Source of the DNA: Candidatus Multivoradales bacterium
Lineage (GTDB): Bacteria > Acidobacteriota > Thermoanaerobaculia > Multivoradales > J023
Length of the DNA: 64,000 nucleotides
Assembly (NCBI GenBank): GCA_965250305.1
Contig: CBDFNS010000023.1
Span: 182,623-246,622, forward strand
Direction: 5' to 3'
In this document: one piece after another, positions 39,301-50,487 of the stretch
Layout: every line of letters starts with the position of its first letter
How positions within the stretch are numbered: position 1 is the stretch's first letter
The notes under the pieces: generated by a model
The model's input: the letters and a program-made list of their open reading frames with translations, nothing else
Told to the model about the DNA's origin: nothing
Database searches by the model: none
Made by a program: the position numbers and the translations under genes

Positions 39301-40148
39301 TAGCCGGCGACCACCTGTAATGCGCGATCGTCGAGCATGGCGGTGTCGTCGCCGAACAGGCGGACACGGTAGTCACCCGGGGGTAAGAAGCGGCGGGACA
39401 GCGCCACCCGCAAGGTTCCGTGATCGCTCACCGTAAGGCCATCGCTCGACCACCGTCGAGTGCCCGTGTGATCAAGTACCTCGACCCGAAAGGGACCGTC
39501 TCCGGCATCGAGCGGAGGCGTCAAGATGACGATAAACAGCGGGCGCTCAGGGTGGACAACCACGGTAGGAATGGCCTCGAGATCGCGGGTGATGGCATCG
39601 AGATAGACCATGCCGACGCCGGCCTGCGGCGCTTCGAGCACGGCAATCGTCGTACGCAGGTCGGCAGCCTCGCGGCCTATGTCCATCACCTGCCAAGCGA
39701 GGCCGGCGACCGTTGCTAGCAGAACTGCAGCCAACGCCCACGGCAATACCGGCATCGATGCCGCGCGCTTCTTGGATTTGGGGAGAATGGCGAGGACTTC
39801 GGTCGTCTCGTAGGGCGGGGATTCGAGGCTGCTACGCAGCTTGCCCCAGACAGCTTCACGTTCGAACTCCACCGCGTTGCCGGGCAGATCGGTCGTGGCC
39901 TCGAATCCCGCGGCCAGGTCGGCGATCAGATCCGAACAGACAGAGCAGGCGACCAGATGATCTTGCGTCCGTACTGCTTCACCGTCCGAGAGGGTGCCTT
40001 CGTGGTACCCCACCAAGACCTCGGGATCGAGGTGTCCGCCGTCGGACCCGAGTGGGTCGCGCGACCGTGCGGTTGCCGCCAGCGCGGCACCAAGGATAGG
40101 TTCGTGGGCTTCGCTCACTGCTGATCGCTTTGTCTCTTCATGGTGCAA
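39300..40148 (-). CDS. Membrane-spanning zinc anti-sigma factor (zf-HC2)
   Basis: HLVACSVCSDL motif, a central TM segment (LPWALAAVLLATVAGLAW), and its position between the ECF sigma and CHAT genes. Confidence 0.65.
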   Translation of the reverse strand: MHHEETKRSAVSEAHEPILGAALAATARSRDPLGSDGGHLDPEVLVGYHEGTLSDGEAVRTQDHLVACSVCSDLIADLAAGFEATTDLPGNAVEFEREAVWGKLRSSLESPPYETTEVLAILPKSKKRAASMPVLPWALAAVLLATVAGLAWQVMDIGREAADLRTTIAVLEAPQAGVGMVYLDAITRDLEAIPTVVVHPERPLFIVILTPPLDAGDGPFRVEVLDHTGTRRWSSDGLTVSDHGTLRVALSRRFLPPGDYRVRLFGDDTAMLDDRALQVVAG

Positions 40149-40809
40149 CTTCGAGCGTGGACAGACGGTCTTTGAGTCGCTTGCGGGCCTGGAACAGGTG
40201 GACCTTGACGGTGTCGACCGAGATCCGCATCAAGTTGGCGATCTCGCGGTACTTCAGATCTTGGTAGATCCGCAGGGTCAGGCACTTGCGCATCTGATCG
40301 GGCAGTTCGTCGACCGCGCGCGCCAACCGGGCTCGGCGCTCGTCGGCCAAGACGTTCTCGAGCTGGTCCCCAGGGGTGGCCAGCGTCATCTCGCTCGGCA
40401 GGTCTTCGTGGGCGACCTCGTCGCCGTCGCGTTTGGCGGTATGCCGCGCGCGCAAGCGTTTGAGATAGGTGGTGGTTGCAATCTTGAATAGCCATGTCTC
40501 GAACCGTGCTTCGCGGCGGTACGTCCCCAAACCTCTATAGATCCCAAGAAACGTTTCTTGTGTTAGATCGAGACTGTCCGCGGCCGAAAAGCCCTTGCGG
40601 CCGAAGAAGCGGCGAACGGCAGGGAAGTACAGATCGAAAATCGCCCGAAAGGCGGCCTCGGGATCTTGGGCCGATTGGAAAGCGTCGATCGCGCGGTCCA
40701 CTCGACGTGGCTTGCCATCGGCCGCGCAAACGGCACCCGGTGTCGATGCGACGCAATTCGATTCCACCGATGTCTTCCTTGTATGAGGTGAGGATTCAGT
40801 ATGCCACAT
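40138..40809 (-). CDS. ECF RNA polymerase sigma factor
   Basis: Region 2 (LTQETFLGIYRGL) and region 4 (YREIANLMRISVDTVKVHLFQARKRL). ATG at 40809. Confidence 0.85.
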   Translation of the reverse strand: MWHTESSPHTRKTSVESNCVASTPGAVCAADGKPRRVDRAIDAFQSAQDPEAAFRAIFDLYFPAVRRFFGRKGFSAADSLDLTQETFLGIYRGLGTYRREARFETWLFKIATTTYLKRLRARHTAKRDGDEVAHEDLPSEMTLATPGDQLENVLADERRARLARAVDELPDQMRKCLTLRIYQDLKYREIANLMRISVDTVKVHLFQARKRLKDRLSTLEVAP

Positions 40810-40979
40810 CTTTATGGCAGCCCGGCCGATCGAGCCCGCGTGAGCGATGGCACTGCCCGTGACTGCAAACCTTCTGGGTAGCGCGACCGTAATAAGCACA
40901 CCATCACGAATCCTTGACCACCAAGGCGTTCCTTGCGAGGGACTTCGACGTCGAGGTGCTACCAGCAGGAGATCTCAGA

Positions 40980-41555
40980 ATGGAACGTCCGGCACTACTC
41001 GAACATACGCCACCCATTGCGAGACCCGCCGCGTCCGAATACGACGACTTTTACCATGGTTACGTGGACCAGGTCCCCGCTGGCGATGTCCTCGGGGTGC
41101 TTGGATCGAGCGTTGAGGAAACGTTGGGGTTGCTCCGTGAGCTACCGGAATCGTGGCAGCGCTATCGCTATGAGTCGGGGAAGTGGACCATCAACGAGAT
41201 CATCGGGCACGTGATCGACGCCGAGCGGGCCTTCGCCTACCGGGCTTTGTGCATGGCCCGTGGTGAGCAAGGCGACCTCCCCGCTTTCGACCAGGACGGC
41301 TACGCAGCGGTGTCGAACGCCGCCTCGCGACCGTCGGCGGCGTTGCTCGGCGAGCTGGCGTCGGTGCGGCGGGCGTCGTTGACCTTGTTTGCCAGCTTCG
41401 ACGATCAGGCGCTCGCGCAATCAGGTAGGGCGAGCGGCTTTCCGTTTACGGTCCGCACATTCCCGTTCATCATTGCGGGTCACGAGATCCACCATCGCCG
41501 GGTGATCGAGAAGCGATACTTGGCCGAGTTGAAGGACGTGGGCTTTTCTGGATAG
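40980..41555 (+). CDS. DinB/YfiT-like (DinB_2) metal-dependent four-helix-bundle protein
   Basis: WTINEIIGHVIDAER ... IAGHEIHHRRVI His-triad pattern. Confidence 0.65.
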   Translation: MERPALLEHTPPIARPAASEYDDFYHGYVDQVPAGDVLGVLGSSVEETLGLLRELPESWQRYRYESGKWTINEIIGHVIDAERAFAYRALCMARGEQGDLPAFDQDGYAAVSNAASRPSAALLGELASVRRASLTLFASFDDQALAQSGRASGFPFTVRTFPFIIAGHEIHHRRVIEKRYLAELKDVGFSG

Positions 41556-41591
41556 TAGCATTTTTGTGCTACTCTGAGCTTGGAGGTATCT

Positions 41592-41819
41592 ATGGTCAAG
41601 ACCATCAAGCTACGGAAAGCAGGCGGTTCGGTAACGGCTACGCTGCCCAAAGAGATCGTGGATCGACTCAACGTGGGCGAGGGTGAGCTATTGCATGTCG
41701 TCGAGAAGCCGGATGGGGTGCTATTGACACCTTACGATCCTGTGTTCGAAGAAGCGATGAAGCTCTATCGTCGTGGGGCGCGCAAGTATCGCAACGCGCT
41801 CCGTGAGTTATCAAAGTAG
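41592..41819 (+). CDS. AbrB/MazE/SpoVT-type antitoxin
   Basis: MVKTIKLRKAGGSVTATLPKEIVDRL is the swapped-hairpin SpoVT/AbrB N-terminus. Located immediately upstream of the Doc gene. Confidence 0.7.
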   Translation: MVKTIKLRKAGGSVTATLPKEIVDRLNVGEGELLHVVEKPDGVLLTPYDPVFEEAMKLYRRGARKYRNALRELSK

Positions 41820-41821
41820 CC

Positions 41822-42211
41822 GTGCGAGAGCCGCGATGGTTGGATCGCCGCATCCTCGATGCAATCCACGAGGAGCAGCTGACGGAACACGGTGGGCAAG
41901 CCGGGACGCGTGACGAGAACCTTGTCGAGTCAGCTCTGGCGCGGCCGCGGCACAAGTTGGCCTATGCGCCTGAGAGCGACCTCGCGTTGCTCGCGGCTGC
42001 CTATGGATTCGGGCTAGCGACCAATCACCCCTACCTTGACGGCAACAAACGCGTTGCGTTCGTGGCGATGCTCGTGTTTCTTGGCCTCAACGGGAAAAGG
42101 ATCGAGTGCCCAGAGTCTGAGGTCGTCGAGATCATGGTTGGGATCGCGGACTCTCGGGTCGACGAGCCGGAGCTGGCGACGTGGCTACGGGAGCGGTTGG
42201 TCGGCGGCTGA
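41822..42211 (+). CDS. Doc (death-on-curing) / Fic-family toxin
   Basis: NHPYLDGNKRVAF matches the Doc variant Fic motif HxFx(D/N)GNKR. GTG start adjacent to the antitoxin stop. Confidence 0.8.
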   Translation: MREPRWLDRRILDAIHEEQLTEHGGQAGTRDENLVESALARPRHKLAYAPESDLALLAAAYGFGLATNHPYLDGNKRVAFVAMLVFLGLNGKRIECPESEVVEIMVGIADSRVDEPELATWLRERLVGG

Positions 42212-42212
42212 G

Positions 42213-43391
<1,179 letters not shown>

Positions 43392-43567
43392 TTTGGGATT
43401 CTCCTGGTTGACCGGGCCGAGGCGGGCGCCGGGACGAGCATTCTACCGTGACGGCAAGCCCGGGTGGCTGGCGCCCGTTTGAATTGTCGGATTCGGGGGC
43501 CGCTGCGGGCGGCAGCCGGTCCGTATCAAACGAACTTCGAAAACGGTGCGTTTCGGGTGTGTGAACC

Positions 43568-46003
43568 TCAGTTGCGCAGTGGTTTGCCGGTCTCCAGCAT
43601 GTGCTTGATCCGGGCCTGGGTATTGGGATCCTGCACCAGCTTGACGAAGGCATCCCGTTCGAGCTTCAGGAACCATGACTCGTCGACCCATTGAGCGCTG
43701 GAACCGTCACCTCCCGCGATGACATGGGCCACTTGGCCCACGACGGTGCCGTCGTGCTCGGTGGCCCAACCAGCCTGTTGCAGCGACCACACCGCCAACT
43801 TGAGCGCCGCCAGAAGGTCGCGGCCACCGGCGTACTGCGGTGTGGGAGCCTGAGGTGTGTAGCCATCGGCCACCATGCCGAGGACTTCTTGCTTGGCCTC
43901 GAACAGCAGGCGGTCGCGGTTCATGATGATGCGGTCGCGCGCGTCGAGGAAGCCGAGTGTGCGGGCCTCGGCGGCACTGGTCGATACCTTGGCGGTGCCC
44001 ACCGTATCGAGAATGCGACTGACCAACGGCAGTGGATCAGCGTCTTTGACCTGCATGCCCGGTGTCACCAGGCGACGTACCAGCTCCTTGAGCCCGCCGC
44101 CGGCTGGCACCAGACCCACGCCCACTTCGACCAAGCCCATGTAGGCCTCCGATGCGGCTACCGTGCGATCGACACCGATCGCGATCTCGCAGCCACCGCC
44201 CAAAGCCCGACCGTGGACCGCCGCAACCACCGGCTTCGACCCATAGCGCAGCGTTTGCAGCGCCCCCTGGAGCGCCTCGATGGCGGAACCCACGGCGTCG
44301 ATGTTGCCCTGTTGGACGGCCATGGCCACGTTCATGAGATTGGCGCCGACACAGAAGTTCTGGCCGTCATTGCCGATCACCAGGCCGTGCCAGGCGTCGT
44401 CATCGAGCATCTCCGTCGCGCGGCCCATCATCGCCACCATGTCGTCGTCGATGGCGTTCATCTTGGCGTGGAACTCGAGCAGCAAGACACCGTCACCCAA
44501 GTCGAGAAGACTGGCACTGGCATTGCTTTCGAGCTCACGGTTGTCGGCTCGCAGGTCGTCGACAACGATGGCCCGCGGGTCCACCTCGAGGTCGACGTAG
44601 CCGTTCTCTTCCCAGTCGTAGTAGCCCGTGACGCGGCCCTGGTCGTCCCGGCGGTAAAAGGTTGGACAGTCGTTGTCGAGCATGTTCTCGACCCAAGATG
44701 CGATGGCGATGCCATCGCCGCGCATCCTCGCGGCCGTTTCGGCAACGCCGAGCCGGTCCCACAGCTCGAACGGACCGTCTTGGTATGAGAAGCCCCATCG
44801 AATCGCGCGGTCGATGCTCGGTAGGTCGAACGCGACCTCTTGGGCGCATTCGGCGGCGTAGCCGAGAAAGTGACTGACCGTGGACCAGGCGAGTTGGGCG
44901 CCGCGATCGTCGCGCCATTCATCGCCGAAGAGTGTGCGCAGGCGGTCGCCGGTATCGGCAGTGGTTCGGACGGCGCCCACGGCAGCAAAACGTACCTTTT
45001 CAGCGGGTCGGTAGTCGAACGTCTCCAAGTCGAGTACGTGAAACGCGGGCTTGCCGTCCGGGCCCTTGGTTTTTTTGTAGAAACCGGCCCCTGACTTGTT
45101 GCCCAGGTGGCCACGTTCCATCAAGCCTTCGAGCGCGTGACTGACGGTCGGGGCGGTCAAGATGTCGCGCTGTGGATCGTCGGGGATCAGCGTGTGGAGG
45201 TTCTTGGCCACGTGCGTGGTGATGTCCAGTCCCACGAGGTCTTGCAACCGGAAGGTGGCTGTCTTGGGGCGGCCGAGCAACGGGCCGGTGATGGCATCGA
45301 CTTCTTCGATTCGGTAGCCTTTGGAGAGCGCATGCTCCATGACCCAGGTGCCGTGGATCGCCATCACCCGGTTGCCGATGAAGTTCGGCGTGTCCTTGCA
45401 GCGCACCACGCCTTTTCCCAAGAAACGCTCGGCAAAGGTGGCGACGGACGAAACGGCGTCCGGATCCGTTTCTTCGCCAGCGATGATCTCGAGTAGCAAC
45501 ATGTAGCGCGGCGGGTTGAAGAAATGCGTGCCGAAGAAGTGGGCCCTGAGGTCGTCGCTGCGGCCCTCGATGATTTGCGCGATAGGCAAACCCGAGGTGT
45601 TGGTCGTCACCAAGGAGCCTGGCTGCCGCACCGCATCGATTTTGGCCATCAACTCCCGCTTGATATCGAGGCGTTCCACCACCGCCTCGACGATCCAGTC
45701 GACATCAGCCAAGCCGAGGAAGTCGTCTTCGAAATTGCCTGTCTGCACCAGGTTCTTGGCCTGCTCGCTCATGAACGATGCCGGCTTGAGCTTGGTGATC
45801 CGCGCGAGGCCGTCGCGAACGATGCGGTTTCTCACGGCGGGGTGATCGAGCGTGAGCCCCTTCTTGGTTTCCTTGTCGTTTAGGGTGCGCGGGGCGATAT
45901 CGAGCAAGAGGACTGGAATGCCGGCGTTGGCAACGTGGGCGGCGATGGCGGCGCCCATGGTGCCGGCGCCGAGTACGGCCACGCGTTCGATTGATTGGGT
46001 CAT
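43568..46003 (-). CDS. fadB: Fatty-acid oxidation complex alpha subunit (3-hydroxyacyl-CoA dehydrogenase / enoyl-CoA hydratase)
   Basis: NAD-binding GAGTMGAAIA at the N-terminus (dehydrogenase) and C-terminal crotonase-fold motifs. Upstream of fadA in one operon. Confidence 0.93.
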   Translation of the reverse strand: MTQSIERVAVLGAGTMGAAIAAHVANAGIPVLLLDIAPRTLNDKETKKGLTLDHPAVRNRIVRDGLARITKLKPASFMSEQAKNLVQTGNFEDDFLGLADVDWIVEAVVERLDIKRELMAKIDAVRQPGSLVTTNTSGLPIAQIIEGRSDDLRAHFFGTHFFNPPRYMLLLEIIAGEETDPDAVSSVATFAERFLGKGVVRCKDTPNFIGNRVMAIHGTWVMEHALSKGYRIEEVDAITGPLLGRPKTATFRLQDLVGLDITTHVAKNLHTLIPDDPQRDILTAPTVSHALEGLMERGHLGNKSGAGFYKKTKGPDGKPAFHVLDLETFDYRPAEKVRFAAVGAVRTTADTGDRLRTLFGDEWRDDRGAQLAWSTVSHFLGYAAECAQEVAFDLPSIDRAIRWGFSYQDGPFELWDRLGVAETAARMRGDGIAIASWVENMLDNDCPTFYRRDDQGRVTGYYDWEENGYVDLEVDPRAIVVDDLRADNRELESNASASLLDLGDGVLLLEFHAKMNAIDDDMVAMMGRATEMLDDDAWHGLVIGNDGQNFCVGANLMNVAMAVQQGNIDAVGSAIEALQGALQTLRYGSKPVVAAVHGRALGGGCEIAIGVDRTVAASEAYMGLVEVGVGLVPAGGGLKELVRRLVTPGMQVKDADPLPLVSRILDTVGTAKVSTSAAEARTLGFLDARDRIIMNRDRLLFEAKQEVLGMVADGYTPQAPTPQYAGGRDLLAALKLAVWSLQQAGWATEHDGTVVGQVAHVIAGGDGSSAQWVDESWFLKLERDAFVKLVQDPNTQARIKHMLETGKPLRN

Positions 46004-46042
46004 GAAATGACGTCTCCAGGGTGAATGGGCGAGTGTGAGCCA

Positions 46043-46828
46043 TCAACCGACAATCGCGGGATCAACCACGACACTGATGGGGCAGTGGTCGGATCCCATG
46101 ACGTCGGGGTGGATGGCGGCACCGCGCAGGAATGGTTCGGCGCCAGGTGAAGCCAAGATGTAGTCGATTCTCCAGCCGATGTTGCGTTCACGCACGCCGA
46201 AGCGTTGACTCCACCACGTGTAGTGGCCCGCACCGTCTTCGAATTGGCGAAAGGTGTCGACCCAGCCGCTACGTAGCCAGCGATCGAACTCGTCGCGTTC
46301 GGGTGGCGTGAAGCCGCTGGTGCCGTGGTTTTGCTTGGGACGGGCCAAGTCGATCTCGCGATGAGCGGTGTTGAAATCACCCATCACGAGGATGGCTTCA
46401 CCGCGTTCCTTCATGGGTTCGAGCGCGTCGAACAAGGTTCGGTAGAAGTCGAGCTTGAAGGGAATGCGGCTGTGATCCCGATTTTGACCGTTGCCGTTCG
46501 GGAAGTAGCCGTTCACCACCAAGAGCTTGCCGAAACGCGCCAGTTGCAGGCGTCCTTCGGCGTCGATGTCGGGATCGTCGATCGATGCCTGTACGACATC
46601 TGGCTTTTGGCGCGAGAGGAGGCCGACCCCGCTGTAACCCGCACGTTCCGCGGAGTGGATCGAGCAGTGCCAATCGGTGTGCTCTCGAAGGGCCGCGGGT
46701 ACCTGCTTGGCAGTGGCCCGTACCTCCTGAACGCCAACGATCGACGCTTCGGAAGCCTCGAGCCAGTCGATGAAGCCCTTCTTGGTACAGGCACGGATGC
46801 CGTTGACGTTCCACGAAACGATGCGCAT
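46043..46828 (-). CDS. xth: Exodeoxyribonuclease III
   Basis: MRIVSWNVNGIRA...VVNGYFPNG...LVMGDFN...SDHCPI are the AP-endonuclease family signatures. Confidence 0.92.
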   Translation of the reverse strand: MRIVSWNVNGIRACTKKGFIDWLEASEASIVGVQEVRATAKQVPAALREHTDWHCSIHSAERAGYSGVGLLSRQKPDVVQASIDDPDIDAEGRLQLARFGKLLVVNGYFPNGNGQNRDHSRIPFKLDFYRTLFDALEPMKERGEAILVMGDFNTAHREIDLARPKQNHGTSGFTPPERDEFDRWLRSGWVDTFRQFEDGAGHYTWWSQRFGVRERNIGWRIDYILASPGAEPFLRGAAIHPDVMGSDHCPISVVVDPAIVG

Positions 46829-47097
46829 GGCCAGTACCGGTGATCAGAGACGGGAGGCGGTTGGCAACGGCAGAGTGATCTCGATGGGCGCGAGACGGTG
46901 GGGGGGCGAGATGATGTTCCTTTGCAGGGTCGCTGCCTCGAATGGAGCCATCTGTTGAGTATAGCGGGCTGCGTTCGCATGAGTTCTCGCTCGCTTGATT
47001 CGTGGATGGCGCAGATTCTCCCGCACCTTCCCGTCTTGGTTGGTTGAGCGCGCCCTATCCACGGCGCAAGACCACCAATCCGTAGGAGACCCGATCA

Positions 47098-47468
47098 TGC
47101 GCGAGAGCCTCATCCCGTCCCACTGCCTCCAACCGATTCCATCGCAACGAGACCGGCGATTGCGGTGCGCTGCACGCGCCGCGGGCCGCGGGCATCTCGA
47201 GCGCGCCTTGCGCGGGTACTTGGGCCTCGCGCGCGAGGTTCCGAAGGACTTGCAGCAACTCAACCGGACTGGCGACTTGATGGTCCGTGCGCGGCAGGTG
47301 ACACGTGGTGTCGAACTGTTTCTCGAAGTCGCCCAAGGGTACGAGCGGGATGGATTCGAGGCCAAAGCGATCGCGGTTTATCGCAAGATCCTGCGGATCA
47401 TGCCGGCGCAGCTCGAGGCGCGCCAACGATTGCGGGCACTCGAGGGAGTTCAGGGATTGTGCTCGTAG
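47098..47468 (+). CDS. Hypothetical small protein (TPR-like helical)
   Basis: ORF 46995..47468 trimmed to ATG 47098. Weak evidence only; convergent with pilZ. Confidence 0.25.
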
Positions 47469-47827
47469 GCGGCGACCAGGAACTCGAGCAAAGCCAAACG
47501 CTGATCGGTCGGCCAGGGCTCGAACCGGACGCCACCGCTGACGCCTTCGCGGTGCTGTACTTGGGCCGGAACCCGCGAAAAGGTCAGCGATTCGTCGAGC
47601 TGAAAGCTGAGCAAGACCATCGTGTCTTGAGGCACTTCTGGTGGCAGGACCAAGCCCATTCCGCCTCCGTTGATATCGATAGCGTCCACGACCCAATGTT
47701 CCGACACCAGGTCGGGGGCATCGATCGCCACGAACACCCCGTGAATGGGCAAGCGGCGACCACGTCGTTCCGAGGGGTCGGTATAGGGGTCGTCCAAGGC
47801 AGCGGGCTGCTCCGTTTCGTCGGACAT
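47450..47827 (-). CDS. PilZ-domain (c-di-GMP binding) protein
   Basis: RRGRRLP (the RxxxR motif) and DINGGGMGL (the DxSxGG motif). Confidence 0.7.
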   Translation of the reverse strand: MSDETEQPAALDDPYTDPSERRGRRLPIHGVFVAIDAPDLVSEHWVVDAIDINGGGMGLVLPPEVPQDTMVLLSFQLDESLTFSRVPAQVQHREGVSGGVRFEPWPTDQRLALLEFLVAAYEHNP

Positions 47828-48016
47828 CCGTTGATTCTCCTGAAGATGGCGGGCGGGCCGAGAGGCTTCACTCTATCGCATGGGAGCGCCACCATTCGCG
47901 CCGGTAGGAGGCCCTTCGCACAGGGTTTTTGAATGAGGTCGGGATTCGGCCTCATGGTACAATTGTCGTATATTTCCTTCGATTTCCTACCGCTACCGAC
48001 GCGAGGAGTTTGCCCA

Positions 48017-49132
48017 ATGTCGTCGTTGCCCAAGCTGACCCTCGGCATCGAAGAGGAGTATCAGATCATTGATCCGGAGAGCCGCGAGCTCAAGTCCTAC
48101 ATCCAGGAGATGCTGGAGCAAGGCCGTGTGGTCCTGCAGGACCAGATCAAGGCGGAGTTTCTCCAGTCGCAGGTTGAAGTAGGTAGCCACATCTGTCGCA
48201 ACATCAAGGAATTGCGCTCCGAGGTGGTCCGCCTGCGCCGTTCGATTTGTAGCTTGGCCGAGGGCAATGGGCTGCAGGTCGCGGCCGCCAGCACCCATCC
48301 GTTTTCGAGTTGGGCGACCCAGACCCAGACCGTCGGCGAGCGCTACACGCAGCTGCGGAGCGACATGGCTGACCTTGCCCGCCGCATGTTGATTTTCGGT
48401 ACCCATGTCCATGTGGGGATCGAGGACAAGGACCTCATGATCGATGTCATGAACCAGGCGCGGTACTTTCTGCCTCACCTGTTGGCCTTGTCGACCAGCT
48501 CGCCGTTCTGGCAAGGACGCGACACCGGCCTCAAGTCCTATCGGACGGTCATTTTCGAGAGCCTTCCTCGCACGGGCCTGCCGCCACGGTTTTCTTCGAT
48601 GGCAGAGTACGACGCTTTCGTCAAGGCCTTGGTCGCGACCAACTGCATCGATGAAGCGACGAAGATCTGGTGGGCGATCCGACCGCATCCCAAGTTCCCC
48701 ACCCTCGAATTTCGTGTGTTCGACACCTGCACGCGCGTCGACGAGGCGGTGTGCCTGGCCGCGTTGGTTCAAGCGTTGGTGGCCAAGTTGATCAAGCTGC
48801 GGATGGAGAATCAGGCGTGGCGGCCGTATCGACACCACTTGATTACCGAGAACCAGTGGCGTGCCGTGCGCTACGGAATCCAGGGTGAGCTGATTGATTT
48901 TGGTCGTCAAGAGGCCGTGCCAATGCCGCTGCTCGTGGAAGAGATTCTCGAGATGGTGGACGACGTGGTTGATGAATTGGATGTTCGAGAAGAGGTGTCC
49001 TACGTCAACACCATTCTGGCCGAGGGCACGAGTGCAGATCGTCAGCTCGCGGTCTACCGTGAAACGAACGACTTTTCGGCGGTGGTCGACCACATCGTCG
49101 CTGAGACGCAAGAAGGCTGCTTCGACGATTGA
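48017..49132 (+). CDS. Carboxylate-amine ligase (glutamate-cysteine ligase family 2, YbdK-like)
   Basis: LTLGIEEEYQIIDPESREL N-terminus and the GTHVHVG motif. ATG at 48017. Confidence 0.88.
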   Translation: MSSLPKLTLGIEEEYQIIDPESRELKSYIQEMLEQGRVVLQDQIKAEFLQSQVEVGSHICRNIKELRSEVVRLRRSICSLAEGNGLQVAAASTHPFSSWATQTQTVGERYTQLRSDMADLARRMLIFGTHVHVGIEDKDLMIDVMNQARYFLPHLLALSTSSPFWQGRDTGLKSYRTVIFESLPRTGLPPRFSSMAEYDAFVKALVATNCIDEATKIWWAIRPHPKFPTLEFRVFDTCTRVDEAVCLAALVQALVAKLIKLRMENQAWRPYRHHLITENQWRAVRYGIQGELIDFGRQEAVPMPLLVEEILEMVDDVVDELDVREEVSYVNTILAEGTSADRQLAVYRETNDFSAVVDHIVAETQEGCFDD

Positions 49133-49159
49133 GCGATCCCTAAGGATGAACGCGCGAAA

Positions 49160-50020
49160 ATGGGTGTAGGGAGCCAGCAACTCCTGCTCTTCGAGACGGA
49201 GGTGCCGCCCGGTAAGGGTAGTGTCGCATGCGCGAGCCTGCCTGTGGTCGTGCCCCGAACCGAACTGCCGTCGACAGCCCTAGCGCCCGAGGTCGCGTTG
49301 GCGAGGCGCCTCGAACCCCTTCTGGACTCACAGGTCGTCGTCGTCTTGACCGACAACAAGAGCCGGATCCTTTCGGCGCGGCCGAGCGAGGCGGGGCTCA
49401 CCATTCGCTTGCACAAGGCCTTCGCCGATGCGCCGGAGCCAGTCTTGCGTGCCATCGCGCGCCTGGCGAGGCGTTCCCCAGGCTCTCGGGCACCGCGTCC
49501 TGCTTTGGCCGTTTTGCGGGCTCACCATGCCCAGGCCCACCCACCACCGGATGGCGCTCGAGTGCGACCCGGCATGTTGCAGCCGGTGGGGCAAACTCTG
49601 GACCTTCGCGTGGTGCGTGATGAGATCAACGCAGCCCGCTTCGAGGGTGCCCTCGACGTTGCCATCTCATGGGGCGCGGCACCGCGTAGACGTCGGCGAA
49701 TACCCCGTAGCATCCGTCTCGGAAGTTTCGATCCACGGACCCGTGTGATCCGAATTCATCGAGCGCTCGACACACCCGATGTGCCCCGGTATGTGGTCGC
49801 TTCGATCATTCACCACGAGTTGCTTCACGCGGCCATGCCGCCCGAGCCATGCGGCTTGGGTCGGCGGGTAGTCCACAGTGCAGCGTTCCGTGCCCGCGAG
49901 CGGGCCTACGAGCATCATGAGCGATCCGAGGCCTGGATCGAAAAGAACCTGTCCCGACTGCTGCGGGCTGCTATTCCAAGGGCAAGAAGATCAAACCGTG
50001 AAAAACCGCGAGGACGGTAA
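49160..50020 (+). CDS. YgjP/SprT-like (DUF45) HExxH metal-dependent hydrolase
   Basis: YVVASIIHHELLHAAMPPEPCG...HSAAFRARE corresponds to the YVVvHELcHL...HsxxFW signature. Confidence 0.6.
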   Translation: MGVGSQQLLLFETEVPPGKGSVACASLPVVVPRTELPSTALAPEVALARRLEPLLDSQVVVVLTDNKSRILSARPSEAGLTIRLHKAFADAPEPVLRAIARLARRSPGSRAPRPALAVLRAHHAQAHPPPDGARVRPGMLQPVGQTLDLRVVRDEINAARFEGALDVAISWGAAPRRRRRIPRSIRLGSFDPRTRVIRIHRALDTPDVPRYVVASIIHHELLHAAMPPEPCGLGRRVVHSAAFRARERAYEHHERSEAWIEKNLSRLLRAAIPRARRSNREKPRGR

Positions 50021-50261
50021 TAGTCGCGGGACTCGATGCGTGGTAGGCAATTTGAAATTGACCGTATCGGATCAGGCGGACCCCGCCCTCCCGCGCGTGC
50101 GGGTAGGCAACACCTTTCTCGGGGTCGGTGGTGAGGGTCTCGACCTTGTTGATCAGCGACTCGAGCGTGCGAAACGCCGTAACCGGTCGATCCCGCGCGA
50201 TGTGATCGTAGATATCGCGCAGCGAGTTGGTGGCTTCCCGAGACCAGGTCAGTCTTGCCAT
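49971..50261 (-). CDS. RelE/ParE-family toxin
   Basis: 96 aa. The N-terminal helices plus C-terminal IYRILxxxxxVxVLRVxH-like pattern (ITVLAVFHG) match ParE. Overlaps the upstream antitoxin gene. Confidence 0.7.
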   Translation of the reverse strand: MARLTWSREATNSLRDIYDHIARDRPVTAFRTLESLINKVETLTTDPEKGVAYPHAREGGVRLIRYGQFQIAYHASSPATITVLAVFHGLIFLPLE

Positions 50262-50452
50262 GAGCGCAAGCGTCGGCGGAGAGAATCCGTGGTGAGCACG
50301 CGATGGCCGGCCAGGTCGGCTAGGCCGCGCCGGATCTGGCGGTCGAATGCGAGCGTACGTAAGATGTCGTCATAGGTGCAGGCCGCAGGCAGCGCGTCGA
50401 GAATCCGCCGTGCGCGCTCGCGATGGCTTTCTTTGGGGTGCGCGTCGGTCAC
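50249..50452 (-). CDS. Putative antitoxin (ParD/RHH-like) of the ParE-like toxin
   Basis: 67-aa ORF directly upstream of and overlapping the toxin gene. Sequence alone is not diagnostic. Confidence 0.5.
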   Translation of the reverse strand: MTDAHPKESHRERARRILDALPAACTYDDILRTLAFDRQIRRGLADLAGHRVLTTDSLRRRLRSWQD

Positions 50453-50487
50453 GTCGAGGCGCCTCGTTTGAGGGTGAGTGTCGGACG

